NCBI GenBank assembly: GCA_020891255.1
Contig: BQFW01000002.1
Location: 1,798,001 to 1,862,000, forward strand
Direction: 5' to 3'
Source: Entomortierella parvispora E1425
Lineage: Eukaryota; Fungi; Mortierellomycota
DNA length: 64,000 nt
The notes under the pieces were generated by a model that was given only the letters and a program-made list of their open reading frames with translations, made no database searches and was not told the origin of the DNA. The first letter of the stretch is position 1, and each line of letters opens with the position of its first letter. Shown in pieces: positions 1 through 12,518 of this stretch. The translations under genes were made by a program, and so were the position numbers.

Positions 1-885
1 TGCAGTTGGCCCTGATAAATCTCGTAAAAGGCAATAAATACGGACAGATGCGAATTCTCTGGACTACGAAGCTTGACAAAAATATCGCGCGCAGCAAGGA
101 CGTACAGGCCCTGGCTGCTGTCCAGCATAGTAAAAGTCTTTCCACTTCCCGTTTGACCGCTGATAGAGTAAAAGTTGACAAGAGTGATCCAGTTAGTGAC
201 ATGTTCCTATAGTCAGCGTTCTTTCCATCGAGACCTTGAGTGACAAGAACGTACTAGGCAAAGCAGGTTGCCTTTCCTCCCTCGAAGAGATACTGGACAA
301 GAGGGTAAGCTGTACGACGATACACCTGTTTGATCATTGAAGATGACGGTAAGTTAATCATCCAGTGTCTGGTATATGCGTAGTCGTCGTCACATTCAAT
401 ATCTGAACATACGTCTTCGTTGGTGGCTTCAGAATCAAAGACCTCATCAAACATAAACTTGTGTCTTTCGATGTACTTTGTCATGTCAACTCGGACCCTG
501 AGGTTATAACGAAAATGGATACGTCAGTATTCAACAATACAAAATATGAAAGTATTGGCAGATATATCCTTTGAGCCTCCATGTGCCACTTACTTTGGTT
601 CATCCACAGCCAACTGGCGGCCAATAACTGTAGCCATGTCCTTTTCGCCTCGCTGGACTTCTTTGCTGTTGAGGGGTCTTTTACGAACGCAGACTCGGAT
701 TTTTGTAGTCATGTCATTGCTGAGCATGGCTCCAGCATTCCTGCCAACGGTTCCTTTACCTGAGGGCACACTGTAGGCGTCTAATCCACGCTGACGAGCC
801 TCCTGAACGGGAATAGGCTCCTCTTCATCTTCAGATGCCTCCTTATAGTTCCTGCCGTCAGCATAGGTGTACTGCTGCTGTTGTT

Positions 886-917
<32 letters not shown>

Positions 918-2190
918 TGGTGCTGCTGCTGTTGCTGCATCATTTGCAACTCCCGTTGCTGCAGGCGATACTGTTGTTGTTGGAGCAACTGCTGCTGTTG
1001 CTGCTGCTGTTGGTATTGTTCATACTGCTGTTGTTGCTGTTGTTGCTGCAATTCATACTCCTGCTGCTGCTGCTGCTGCTGCTGCTGGTATTGCTCGTAT
1101 TGGCGCTGCTGCTGTTGTTGCTGCTCATACTCTTGCAGACGTTGCTGCTGTTGAAGTTGCTGCTGTTGCAATTGCTCCTGCTGCTGATAAGTCGCCGCCA
1201 TAGAAGTTGACATGCTCTTGGAATGCTGCAAATGATTCGTCATGGCTCCACCAGATCGACGACCGATCGAAAGTCTAGCCTCTGCAGCACTCTTGGCCAG
1301 ATCTGTGATACTCTGAGCGGCACCGCCACTGGATCCAGTATTGCTATATCCTCGAGGAAACCCTGTGGGAGTCATTGAGGAGTCGAGAGTCGCGTCATCC
1401 ATCGAGACTGAGCCACGTGAAGGTGTTGAGGATGCCTCGGGAGTGTCCGCATACTGTGCCTTGATGGACTGAATCAACTGAAAGAGCTTTCTCCGATCAT
1501 CCATGCTAGTTACTCCCAAAGTGCTGTAATCCTGCATCGACAGCTATAAAAGACAGTGCACAGCAAAAGGCATTAGAAGACAAGGAAGAAAACCCACACC
1601 CAAAGTGCATGCTGTCAGAATGAATCGCTATGATCGATGGCTGTGGGGGTGGAAGGGGTTCTTTTTTTCTGTTTGGAAGAGATCAGAACCCAGCTCAAGA
1701 AAACTGAAGAACCAAAAAAAGGAGTTGCAGGAACTGGACACATGGCCATATCCGAAATGCATGCAAACCATCCAACCAATATGCGGGTCCTTTGGCCCCC
1801 TTCATTGGTCCATAGCAGCTAATCTAGAGTCCTGCTGTCAGCGCCTCATACCTGAGTAAGGTGGTCCAGCTGTGTGATCCCCCTTGTGGAGAAGCTGCAA
1901 AAAGGGCAAAAAAGAGCAACGGGGGGTACAAGTTGGTTAGCATTGAAGAGTCCTTATTTGGCGTGTGAAAACCATCGTCCTCCTGGAAGACGTGTGACAA
2001 AAATTGTTGTTGAATCCACACACTGGCCGGGCTGAATGACGACAATCAGCCAAGAGACAAGACGGAGGTCCAATGAAGACCTGAATCTGACTCTGGTGTG
2101 GTCAAGAGCGGCCGATTGGGTTGCGTACCTGGGGTAGTAATGTTCTAGGTTTGAGCGCCGGAGCGTCTCGAGCATGAGCGCAGCGGACAT
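1..2190 (-). CDS. Kinesin-13 family motor with N-terminal SAM domain (KIF24-like); 3' end runs off the window
   Basis: Spliced model: exons 2190-2129, 1894-1852 and 1543-~594, then further exons. It reads [58 protein letters not shown] (SAM), a polyQ linker, [18 protein letters not shown] (KVD-type loop 2), [26 protein letters not shown] (P-loop) and [11 protein letters not shown]. All introns are GT-AG and in phase. Confidence 0.9.
860..1195 (-). repeat. CAG/CAA polyglutamine tract with QQQYEQY-like sub-repeats in the kinesin linker
   Basis: (CTG/TTG)n on the + strand; explains the spurious poly-L, poly-C and poly-A ORFs in the track. Confidence 0.95.
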
Positions 2191-3222
2191 TAGGGGAAGA
2201 GGACGGGAGATGAAGGACGCGAGCAGGCAGGGACAATGTGGGAAGAATGTAAGATGGGGGGAGGGACGCGATTGGAGGAAGAACGATGGCAAAGAGATGA
2301 ATGAAGAAGGTGGATGAACGGGACAATTGGGACTGAAAAGGGCGATGAGAGCAGGGACGGGACAGCGAGGGTGTGTGGGGACGGGGGGACAGAGAGGCAG
2401 AACGGGGGGGACGAGTCAGGGACAGGGAGGATGAGAAAGGGAAGAGAGCACAGAGAAAAAAGATTCAAAAAAACAAAACAAAAAAAATATGGTCAAGCAA
2501 CAGGCAAAACGCGCGCGCGTGGCATCGGTGTGCCCTGTCTGTGTGTGTGCCTGTCTGCTTGCCTGCCCTTGGTGGGTCTGCCCTGGATGGATGGATCGGG
2601 GCGAATCCTGCTCCTGCTCTTCCTGTCCACCCACAGGCACACACACCCATTCTCGCCTTCCTTCCCTGCTCCCTTGCATGCTGTTTGTTGCTCTTCCACC
2701 AAAAGAGCCTTGAACACCGCTCTCAAACCCACATGGCATGATGGCAGGACTCAGGAGTGCAGTGAAAAAGATCTACACGTGACTCGACAGGTGCGTCCAC
2801 GTACAGTACAATAGAGTGGGCGCACATGTACGTACAGTGCCGCACAATGCCCGTGCGCGCGCGACGAGAAGAGAGACCACGGCGACAATGCATAAGAAGG
2901 TTTGAGATATGGGTGACCAAGCGTGCGATACGATGCGATGCCCTTGTTTCTGAATCCCCTTCATTCTCCCTCCTCTCCCTCTCTTTCTTTCTTTCTTCTC
3001 TCACTCTTATTCCTGACTTTGCTTCCCCCTCATTCACTTCCTCCTGTCTGTCTCCATTTGCCTTGTGGCGTGCTGTGCGATTGCCATCAGTCTGGTTTCG
3101 ATTGAGATCAGCCTGACTGGATGTCTCAGCCAGACCTCCACACTCCCCTCTTCCCCACCCCTCGCTCCTTCCTCTGACCTTTTTGTCTGCCAGAGTCACT
3201 GTTGCCGTGACCCTCTCCCACC

Positions 3223-6200
3223 ATGGTCCTAGCTAGATCCTCTTCCACGGACGAGACCCTGGCCCAGGACAACTACCACCATCGTGCATCGACAGCATCC
3301 CAGCTCGAGTCCTTCCCTCCACTGTTCATCACAAACTCAAATATTCTCAATTCACCCTCGCTCAGACTAGAGCCCGTGGAGACCAGTGAAAGCCTTCACA
3401 CTATTCAAGGATCCAGGCGCTGGTGGATTCTCTCTCTGTCATGCCTCCTCCTCTTTGGAAACTACTTTGGTAAAAGTCAAAAAGAAGGAAAAAATCACTC
3501 AAATGAACATTTTCGTGGAGGTGAGGAGCATGCACGCAGGTGACTGACAAACACGTTTGTTGTTTTTCCCTTTGCATGTGGTTAGCGTACGACAATCCCG
3601 CGGCGCTGAACACCCAACTTCAAAAGTACCTGGACATGCCCTACAATGACTACCAGTACTTGCTTTCCACCCTGTACAGCGTTTACTCTTTGCCAAATAC
3701 TGTGCTGCCTTTTCTATTTGGTCACCTCGTGGACAGGCTTGGTCCTCAGCGTGTTCTCCTTGTCCTCAGTAGCTGCGTTTGTGTTGGACAGACTATTTTC
3801 GCCATTGGAGTGCAAAGTCGGCAGATCTGGATGATGCTTATTGGTAGGGCCATCTTTGGAATTGGAGGCGAAAGCTGCGGTGTCGCTCAAGCAAGCATAA
3901 CAACAATGCAGTTCAGGTAATCATGGTACATGGTACATGGTTCACGACTAGAACAAAACAAAAAAAAAAGGAGTTCAAGGGTCTGCATGATGGTCAAACC
4001 AGTCATGGCACTTACACTTATCTCGATCGGCATTCATAGAGGGCACGAGCTGGCCTTTGCTCTTGGGCTGAATCTGTGTATCGCTCGATTTGGTAGGATA
4101 GTAAAACAACGATCGTATCACGCATTTTGAGATCATCATCAGAGACTGACCTTATTCACGTTTTCCCTTTTTTTTATGAAATCAGGATCTGTCGTCAATA
4201 CACTAATTACGCCGTGGGTGGAGCAAAACTGGGGCGTTCCGACAGCGATTTGGGTTGGCACATTAAGTTGTGTTGCATCATTTATCTCAGCTATTGGTCT
4301 AGTTATTCTCATATCAAACTCTACCTCTGGCGCGACATCAAAGAGTGAAGTTGAATCCACTCCATTATTGGCTTCCGGAGTCTTCCAGGGCAACAGCAAC
4401 CCGAGAGCTTCTTCAGAGATGGACGAGGACGATCAACAAGCATCTCATTTCAACTTTCATGACCCACCACCTACTATCCTGGGTCATCTGCCTGGACTAT
4501 TAAGGCGCGAGGCAAGCTTTAGTGGATCAATCCACAGTGTACGGTTCACACCAGGGCATGCGAAATTAGGAACACGGCCTTCACTCCACATCATCACTGA
4601 TTCATCGCAAATCAAGGAGGATCAGGAAGACTGGTTGTCTCGCTGGTGGAGCGACCTGAAGTACTTCCCGCCCACGTTCTGGCTAATCTGTGGGCTGACG
4701 GTTTTACTCTATGGAACTGTGGTGCCTTTCAATAACATTGCGTCAGACTTTCTGCAGTCCAAGTGGTACCCAGGGAACCCAAGGAGAGCTACAGCAGTTA
4801 TGGGAATTCCTGACACCCTTGGAGCAGTTCTCGTCCCTGGATTTGGTATTGTCGTGGATCGCTATGGCGGGAGAGCAAGTGCCTTAATTGCCTCAGCTTT
4901 CATCATGGTGATCGTTCATTTAACGCTGGGATTTACTATGCTGAGCCCTGTCTATGCCTTTTCGTTACTGGGAATTGCCTATTCAATGTACGGTGTTGCA
5001 TTATGGCCCTCAATTGCATGGTAAGTAGCCTTTTTTTTTGAACATGCCAACAAGGACAAATAGACGACAACTAAAGAGGAAGAAGCAGCTACAACTTGCT
5101 AATATTCGAATAACTCTTAGTGTCGTGACAAGCGAGCTTCATCTAGGAAAGGCGTACGGCATCAGTTCTAGCTTCCTCAACATCTCCTTGACACTAGTAC
5201 CTCCAATTGTGGCAACAATTCTCGTCATTGGCGACAGCTTCATCCCAGTGGAGATGTTTTTCATTGCCATGGGGCTTTGCGGTATATTTGTCGGATATAC
5301 GCTCAAGATTATGGACCTTCGGGACGGAGGCGCTCTGGAGATGCCAGAGATTGAAGTAGAGGTACCAGTGATCCTGACACAGCCTACAGCATCCAACCCC
5401 GCTTCAGCAATTGCTTCGCCTGCACTTTCTCAGAGCCAAGCAAAGTTTGCCTGGAAAAGAAATCGTCAAAGGCCTGCACTATCAACTATTCAGACCGCAG
5501 AAAACTCAGGTCTGAAGCGCTGGCCTAGCTTCGATGAAGATAACAGAGGTCAACATTCTCGGAGTTTACCACGAATACCGTCGACCAGAGGAAATGGTGA
5601 TCAAGAAGATCCCACAGACGATGAAACGCAAGAAAATAGTCCTCAACTGTCCTCAAGCGGGAGCTGGAGCTCACCTACTATAGGGTCATCACCTCCCAAA
5701 GCACCATCTGGTGCATCTCCAAGGACATCTTGGTCACCAATGACAGAACGATTTCGCCGGACTAGAAAATGGTTCGGGAGACCATTGTTGCAGAGGACCC
5801 TCACCAGGGTTGGAAGCCCACTCTTGCAACAATACACGTACAGTCCTCGGAACAACGGCAGTCGCTATGGTTCGGTATCTTCGCCTTCGATTGTATCCTT
5901 GAGAGGCGATGGGATCGCAGGAAATGGCCCCTGGGATCTGGAAGGAGGGACGAACGCTCCCGCGGCTCAGGAAGAGTACAGCGTCAATCAGCACCCAATT
6001 TTATACAATCCATTGCGCGGTAGCTCTGGTAGTTTCCGCATTAGTCGCAACGCCAAACCTATTTCCTTTGGAGAAGGTGAGGAGGGACGGATATTTCTGA
6101 ATGGTCAAGTAGTAGAACCCTCGGCTGCCGCAACAGACGGATTCACCGCCACCAATGACGACGGCGAGGAGTATGGTGACGATGAGGGCAGGGATGAGTC

Positions 6201-6306
6201 TGGGCACGAAGACCCAACACAGAATAGTAAATCTGAAGTAGCAGTAGATGTAGATAGGGTAGATAAGGTTGTCCCGATGATAGGGAGAACAAATACCACA
6301 GAATGA
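3223..6306 (+). CDS. MFS transporter, MFSD1-like (lysosomal/vacuolar), with long disordered C-terminal tail
   Basis: RWWILSLSCLLLFGNYF / AYDNPAAL, YSVYSLPNTVLPFLFGHLVDRLG, GRAIFGIGGES and FGIVVDRYGGR motifs; 4 GT-AG introns join the ORF-track segments. Confidence 0.88.
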
Positions 6307-6464
6307 TGTTGCATTCATACACCTTGATGGGGTCCGATTGGATTGTTTTTTCTCAAAAACCGACTTTTTTGTATTTGGAAAGTGTTGCTTGTTCCGACGG
6401 TCCTTGAACTACTGGTCTCTCCACAAAGAATAGTGCGGCCAGAGCTTGAACTATGTTACTGCCT

Positions 6465-6993
6465 TCATATACCAGATGTGATCAGGTCAAAAGCCATCTT
6501 GCCTGTCAGTCCCAACAAGCCAAGATCGCCAATGCGGCCAAAAGCGCCCTTGCTACGATCTTCGGGGTTGCCTGTGGAGTATCCTCTATAGTAAAATATC
6601 CTTCCCAGAATCCAAATCCCTCCAAGGACGGCGGATGGGATCGGGTACTGGAGACCAGCAAACATCAAGGTCACCAGATACGAGGAGAATCCCTCGAGCG
6701 TATTTTGATGGATACGCTGGTAGCAGTTGAAGATGTGCTTCTGATAGTCCTCCTTGACCTCTGCGGCGTCAGCGTACATAAAAGGGAGCGGAACCTTGGC
6801 AAGAGCACGAACTCTGGCCACTCTGTACCCAAAGAAGCTGACCAACACTGTGGAAGCGACTGCGACGGCAACGGTCTGGAGATTTGAAACGTTGCAAAGG
6901 GATACCATTAATTAATGACAGAAATGACTTTCAATTACAAAGATTGACAACTCTTACATATCCGTATTCGGGAGAGAGAACAATAGTGGACAT
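6465..6993 (-). CDS. MAPEG family microsomal glutathione S-transferase (MGST3-like), 148 aa
   Basis: Exon 1 is 6993-6958 (MSTIVLSPEYGY), the intron is 6957-6876 and exon 2 is 6875-6465. Motifs FNCYQRIHQNTLE and GRIFYYRGYSTGNP. Confidence 0.92.
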
Positions 6994-7654
6994 TGTGAGA
7001 CGATGGGGGGTATTGTTGGAAATGTTGATTGATTGCTTGAATGGGTGGGGGGGAGGATTTATATAGGTTTTATGAGCATGTTTAAAGAAGGTGCGGATGA
7101 TCGTTCTCGTTCACCATGGTTGCGCGTTCTTTCATGGGAATCGCCGGGGCGAGCACGTCCCCCAACTCAAAAGCTGATGAAGTTTTCGTCAGCCAAAAGA
7201 GAGGTAGTCCAAGAATGGCAGGCTGCGCTTTCGATCAGATCGCAGTTCAAAATACAAGCACACGCACACGCACTCTGAAGACGCGCCCTTGCGGCACAGT
7301 GACGAATCAACGGATTTGTGATCGACCCCTCTGAAAGGAAGGTCGTTGAGCCCTCTGTCGGGCGGTGCCTTTTGACGGACAATGAAGGGTGGTCTTCCGT
7401 AGACGTTCAATCCCAGGACGCGTCTTTGTCTGTCCCGTCGCGTGCGTTCGCCACGTTTCTGACAACGCTCGCCTCGCTGCTGCCCATTGCCATTGTTATT
7501 GATTGGCCGGCTTCCACCTGCAAACAATGAGACTTCTGGCGAGCAAGGGGCATCTTGCAGCTGGCCATCGTGTTTGTTTCTCTTTGTTCTTTTGGATATG
7601 TACCTCTTGCGAATACAACAGATGTTCACTCCCAAACAACAACCCTTTGCAGGG

Positions 7655-7691
7655 CTGTCTATCTGTCTATCTGTCTATCTGTCTATCTGTC
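7655..7691 (+). repeat. (CTGTCTAT)4.6 tandem repeat upstream of the MIT gene
   Basis: Read directly from the sequence. Confidence 0.9.
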
Positions 7692-8010
7692 GCTCCATCT
7701 TCTCTCTCGCTCTCCATCTCGTCTCGTCTTTCCCTCCAGTGTCTCTCTTTCTCTCCATCTTCCTCTCTCTTCCTCTCTCTTCCTCTTTCTACTAGTTCTG
7801 CCCATCCTCGACTCTTCATCCCAACCGTCTCCTTGCTCTCCCCCGCGCTCTACTCGATGCATCATTCCTCTCTGCAGCCAGTAGTCAGCCTCCCTGCAGC
7901 AAGTTAGATACCGTATTACGCGTGGGGTCCTCCACTCCCCTTCCCCCGTCTTGCCCTTCCTCCTCTTTTTCTTCTCCTTCTTCGAATCCACATGTACATT
8001 TGCATTCACG

Positions 8011-11000
8011 ATGGATCCTTCACCCCATGTCACTGCATCCGGACGGTCATTCTCCATGTCTTCTGTCCGTCACAACCTTCGACCCGCTACCTCTTCCTCG
8101 CCCGGACAACTTTCAAGCAGCAGCAGCAGCAGCAGCAACCGAAACAATAACGTCGTTGCCTTTTACGCCAATGCTGACTTTAGTAACAACATCAACAGTC
8201 TTTTATCCAGTGGTGCAACCGACAGCCACCGTGAAGGCCGTGCCACCAGCTCTCGGGCCTTGCTGACTTCAGCCCTGGAAGAGGCCCAGACCGCGGTCCA
8301 GCTAGACCATCTTGGTAAAACAACAGCTGCCCTGGATTCCTACCGCAGGGCCACAGCGTTCCTCGCCACTGCCATGCAAGTTAGTACCTCAGAAGAAGAG
8401 CTTCATCGGCTGCAAACTATAGTAAGCAAAATGGCAACAAGTATTTTATGGTTCACAAGCTTCAGAGCGTACATACAGCAGTGCTCACTTGTGGAAGCAA
8501 AAGCAATTGTGGATGAGCTCAGAGGGTTGACCATTATCCACTTTTTTCTTGTTCCTGCTACTACTGCAGGTCGACTCATATCAACTCAGGATCCATGTCC
8601 TCGCTGCAAAGGCAGCGGAGCCTCCCTTGATATCCATGCCAAAGTCAGTGCTAGCCAACTACTCGTCATCTGCACCTTCGGCGAATATATCACCGTTGGA
8701 CGAAGCAACGTCCACGGGAAGATCTCTGAACTTTGCCATGCCTTCGCGATCACATGTTGCCTTCCAGGGACGGGGGGATTCTCAGCCTGCAACTACGTCT
8801 GTTGCACCCCTGAAGACAAAGCGAAGTGTCAGCAGCAATGCTCTCGTAAAACAGAGTCTTCACGGAGAGGCTCTTCCTCGCGATAGTAACAGCAAGAAAG
8901 GACGGTCACCTCGAGGTCGAAGTCATACAATTGGATCGCTGTGCAGTAACCCAGGAGATCTCACCACCTCCACAGAGCCGCTTCGGATCCCTAGACGACG
9001 GACTGAGCATGTTATCAATGAAACGGATTATAGCAGTGACTCTGGAAGCAACTCTAGCGGTGCCAAAAAGCGAGCCAGGGACCTCTTATTGGCCAAATAC
9101 ACTCCCTTGCATTTGGCACCCACTGTGCCTTTGCCTCCTCTACCATCGGATGATGCATGGTCACGGCCTTCTAGAGCGATTTCTCGCCCATCTGAAACGC
9201 TTCACTCGCCACCTTTATCGCCCAAAAAATCCTCAAGGAGAATCTCGCCACTGGTACCGTTGACTACAGCGATTGACCGTGAAGCATCCATTCTCTCACC
9301 TGTGTTCCACAGTAATCTCCCGTCACCCGTGTCGCCACAATTAGTGGCGCCTCCTGAATCATTCGTGGAAACGTACAGTAAAGAAGCAGAAGCGTTCTCG
9401 CTGACACTAGAGTCGGATGATGGTTCCTCGCCACATGGAAGACAATCGGAGGAGGCTATCTCAATATCAAATGCTACACCTTTAAGCAGTCGGGAGATAT
9501 TTTCGTTGACGCCTGTGTTTCACAACACCCGCAAGGCTGCTTCACCTAAACCTGATATACGAGGAGCATCAACCCCATTACTAGCGGAAGGGACCCATGA
9601 TCCGTTTATTCACGTCCCTACTTCCCATAATACTGGCAAGCCCGAGACTGATTCTCAGCCAAAGAACTTGCCAATTCAGTCTAAAGGCAGTAACAGTCAT
9701 CATGGCATTGAGAACGTAGTCAAGGAGGCAGCGGTAACGACACCGGATACATGGTTACCCAACTTCTCAGATTACTTTGCACAAAGAAGCGATGGTTCGC
9801 CAGCCCGTCGGCGACGTGTACAAATTGAAGGTATGACAAGGGTTTTTTGAAATGGAGATGAACATGCAGAGGGTCTAAAACAGGAGTTTCTTTCGTTTAC
9901 GATCAGAGCCGCTTAGCGAACATGAGGAAGATCAAGACTCGGTTATTAAAGAGTTGGCGGCTGAACTCGAGCACACGGACAGAGCTACTCCTTTAGCACG
10001 GAGAAACGAGCCTTATTCGACAATATCTGTCCATTTTTCTACAACATTCGTCCACCGAAAACGTCAAGAGTCTCTTTCATCCGTCTCACCTGCAGAGCCG
10101 ACGAGGACCTCCGCCCTTGGCGGATCAAGCTCTTTGGCCTTGAATTCTGATCCTTCACTGCGGTCCAAATCTGCAGGGGGCTCTATTGCTCGGGCCGCAC
10201 TCTTTGATAGGCCACTTCCACCTGATCCATCTTCGATTTCCAGTTTTCCTCCAGGACTTTCCTCGCCGATGCCAGATTTGCCAAAGGATAGACGCCAATT
10301 ACGCCGCAGTTGGACCCTTCTTGATGTTATCAATGATGATCCCTTCCAAGGCGTGAACGAGGTGAGCAAAGAGAGCCTTTTGGTAGCTGTCGACGTATTG
10401 GATTCAATGTTAATCATATCATAGATCTGCTCTCTAACCAATATACGACCTTCCGTTTTCAGTCTTATCAGCGAAAGATCCCAAATCAGGAACCTACTCC
10501 TACAGAGCCTTTTCTCCGTTGCTTTTGGCTGATGCGCCGATTAGAACAGACCATGACCCAGGGTGGATTCCTAAGTAAGCGACTCTATGTCCCTCCTCAA
10601 GTGTGGTATCAACGAGCATTGGTCCGACTACCAGCAGTGGAAACAAAGCTTCAGGGATGTCAACAACTGGCGAAAATGTTGGACGACCTCATGATCCAAT
10701 CTAAAAAGGGGATCATTACTCTTTTGATCCCTGGAGGAGCTGGTGTCGAGCAGGATCATGATCGGTTGATGTTGTTGAAGGAGCTGGAGACACTGGAACT
10801 CGTAGCCTTGCAGATCTGGACCAAACTCAGCAAGAAGCTTTCGTTCATCCAAAAGCCAGACAAACACCCTGGGTCCATGGGATTGAGCGCAAGTATGGCT
10901 GGAGGCTCAGCAGCCTCAACTGCTCGGTCGGACTCTGCAGGTGCCAGTAGTACTGGTGGCCGCGCAGACCACTCAAGGGATAATACACTACTATCATCGT

Positions 11001-12013
11001 TTGCCCCTGGAGCAACGATAGCGGGGTCTATGTTCTACCCAACCGAATCTCCAAAACGGTCGCCTTTGCCAGTCTATGACTCTATGGATGACGATGATGA
11101 AGGCATGGAGACCTTGGGACAAAAAGCAGTTGACTTTAATTGCGATCGCGACCTCCACGCAAAAGTGACAAAGGGGCCTGTTTCTGTGAAGGAGGCGGAT
11201 TTGGGCGAACCTATCGAACGAACTCTGTCTCTGGACTCGGCGACACCATCGAGTTCTACTTCTACATCGACATCCAATACCGGGGCGTTTGATCTAGGAG
11301 AAAGCGTGACATCTCTAGAGTCATCTTCATCAGCGACACCATCCCCCAATAGAAACGCCTCACCACCTCTAATTTCGATTCCGGCCTCAAAGACTTCCAG
11401 CTGGAAAAAGCATTTGGTGCGAAAGAGCCTGGACGACTTTATTCGGAGTCGTGATCGATTGCCTTACGACCATTCCATGTTTGTTCCTATTGTCAATCCC
11501 AAGAAGGCCATGTCGAGTGGCGGCAGCAGTCCGAGCCAGGTTACCAAACAAGAACAAGGACATAGCCCAAGCCAAACTCCCGGCTACGGCAACAACGGAA
11601 GTAGCTCGAATCTTCCAGGAACGGACCTCTTGGCGAGTCAATTCAAGTCTTTGTCGATGTCCATCCAGAAATCAATCCTTTACGACAAATTGTAGGTCCT
11701 ATCCCCTGCCCTTTTATTTTATTTTTTGTGGATATATTTTTTAACCAGGATTTCTCATTTTAATCTCTATAGGGAAGATACATCGATCTACACAGAAACC
11801 GTCATGCACCTCTTTCAATCCAGCTATATTCTCGAGTCCATGCTCAAACATTACGAGTCCCTGGTACCTTTCCAGATCCATCTGCAACTCATCAACAAGC
11901 TTCGCCGGCTATGTGATTTCCTCTACTTTGTCGTCTGTTCCTTTGTCCTTCAAGACTTGCAAGAGCTGATACCCAAATATCTCAAGCAGGTCAGTCTCTC
12001 GGCGGCCGAATAA
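8011..12013 (+). CDS. Fungal MIT-domain protein (N-terminal MIT, long S/P-rich linker, conserved C-terminal helical region)
   Basis: LLTSALEEAQTAVQLDHLGKTTAALDSYRRATAFL...VDSYQLRIHVL (MIT) and AFWLMRRLEQTMTQGGFLSKRLYVPPQVW (conserved C-terminal block). The last exon ends at TAA 12013. Internal exon boundaries are only partly verified. Confidence 0.75.
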
Positions 12014-12285
12014 AAAAGAAAAACAGAAAAATGAGAACTCCGCCTCTATTCATTGCTGTTCAAGAACTGAGATCCATATCATCCCCCCCCCCCCCCCCAA
12101 AAAAAAAGAGATCATGACGATCCCAACAATATTCGATCAGGGCAAGAAACCAACCGTGTACATATCAAAAAGGACATGGGTCGGCCAATGGCCAGTAGGT
12201 GGAGAGCCAAAAAGGACCGTGTCCTTTGTGGTCGTCGGTTGAAGATCTTCAGGTGGGTGTTGCCAAAATTAGCAAAAGAACTGAG

Positions 12286-12358
12286 TGCCCCAACTCGGAG
12301 TTGAACCGAGGACCTTTTCATTACGAGTGAAACGTTATAACCACTAAACTATTGGGGC
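12286..12358 (-). tRNA. tRNA-Thr (anticodon CGT), intronless, 73 nt
   Basis: Reverse complement GCCCCAA-TA-GTTTAGTGGTTATAAC-G-TTTCA-CTCGTAA-TGAAA-AGGTC-CTCGG-TTCAACT-CCGAG-TTGGGGC-A. It has a 7-bp acceptor stem, 5-bp anticodon and T stems, A and B boxes, and a TTCTTTT Pol III terminator just downstream. Confidence 0.98.
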
Positions 12359-12360
12359 CG

Positions 12361-12503
12361 TCTCAGATAATTATTTTTTAGAATTTTACAATAAATACTA
12401 ATATCTCAGAAACCGAAACCCTTAAGTAAATTAAACATCACGTGATTATTATATTTAAAAATCTTTTGTATAAATTTATAATTATTCTAGGTATTATTTT
12501 AAT
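12361..12503. promoter_or_regulatory. AT-rich island upstream of the tRNA, containing palindrome ATCACGTGAT (12437-12446)
   Basis: 26 G+C in 140 nt over 12361-12500 (~81% AT); about 92% AT over 12445-12503, against a background of about 50% GC. Confidence 0.55.
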
Positions 12504-12518
12504 GCTTGGCCATACAAG

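Noticed and set aside
564-571. ATATCCTT U12-type donor motifs (also at 6597, 62325 and elsewhere)
   Set aside because: They lie on the strand opposite the host gene or at non-junction positions; all introns I reconstructed are GT-AG U2-type.
835-1210. Poly-Cys, poly-Leu and poly-Ala ORFs (also at 18772-19414 and 62356-62985)
   Set aside because: Alternative frames of CAG/CAA polyQ or QP repeats in real genes on the opposite strand.
12437-12510. Point-centromere look-alike: ATCACGTG (CDEI-like) + 92% AT stretch + GGTTTGTTCTCGCCGTGAAA in the reconstructed empty site
   Set aside because: The spacer (about 65 bp) is shorter than yeast CDEII, the CDEIII match is poor, the lineage is not Saccharomycetaceae, and the flanks are gene-dense. 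A tRNA upstream region explains the AT richness.
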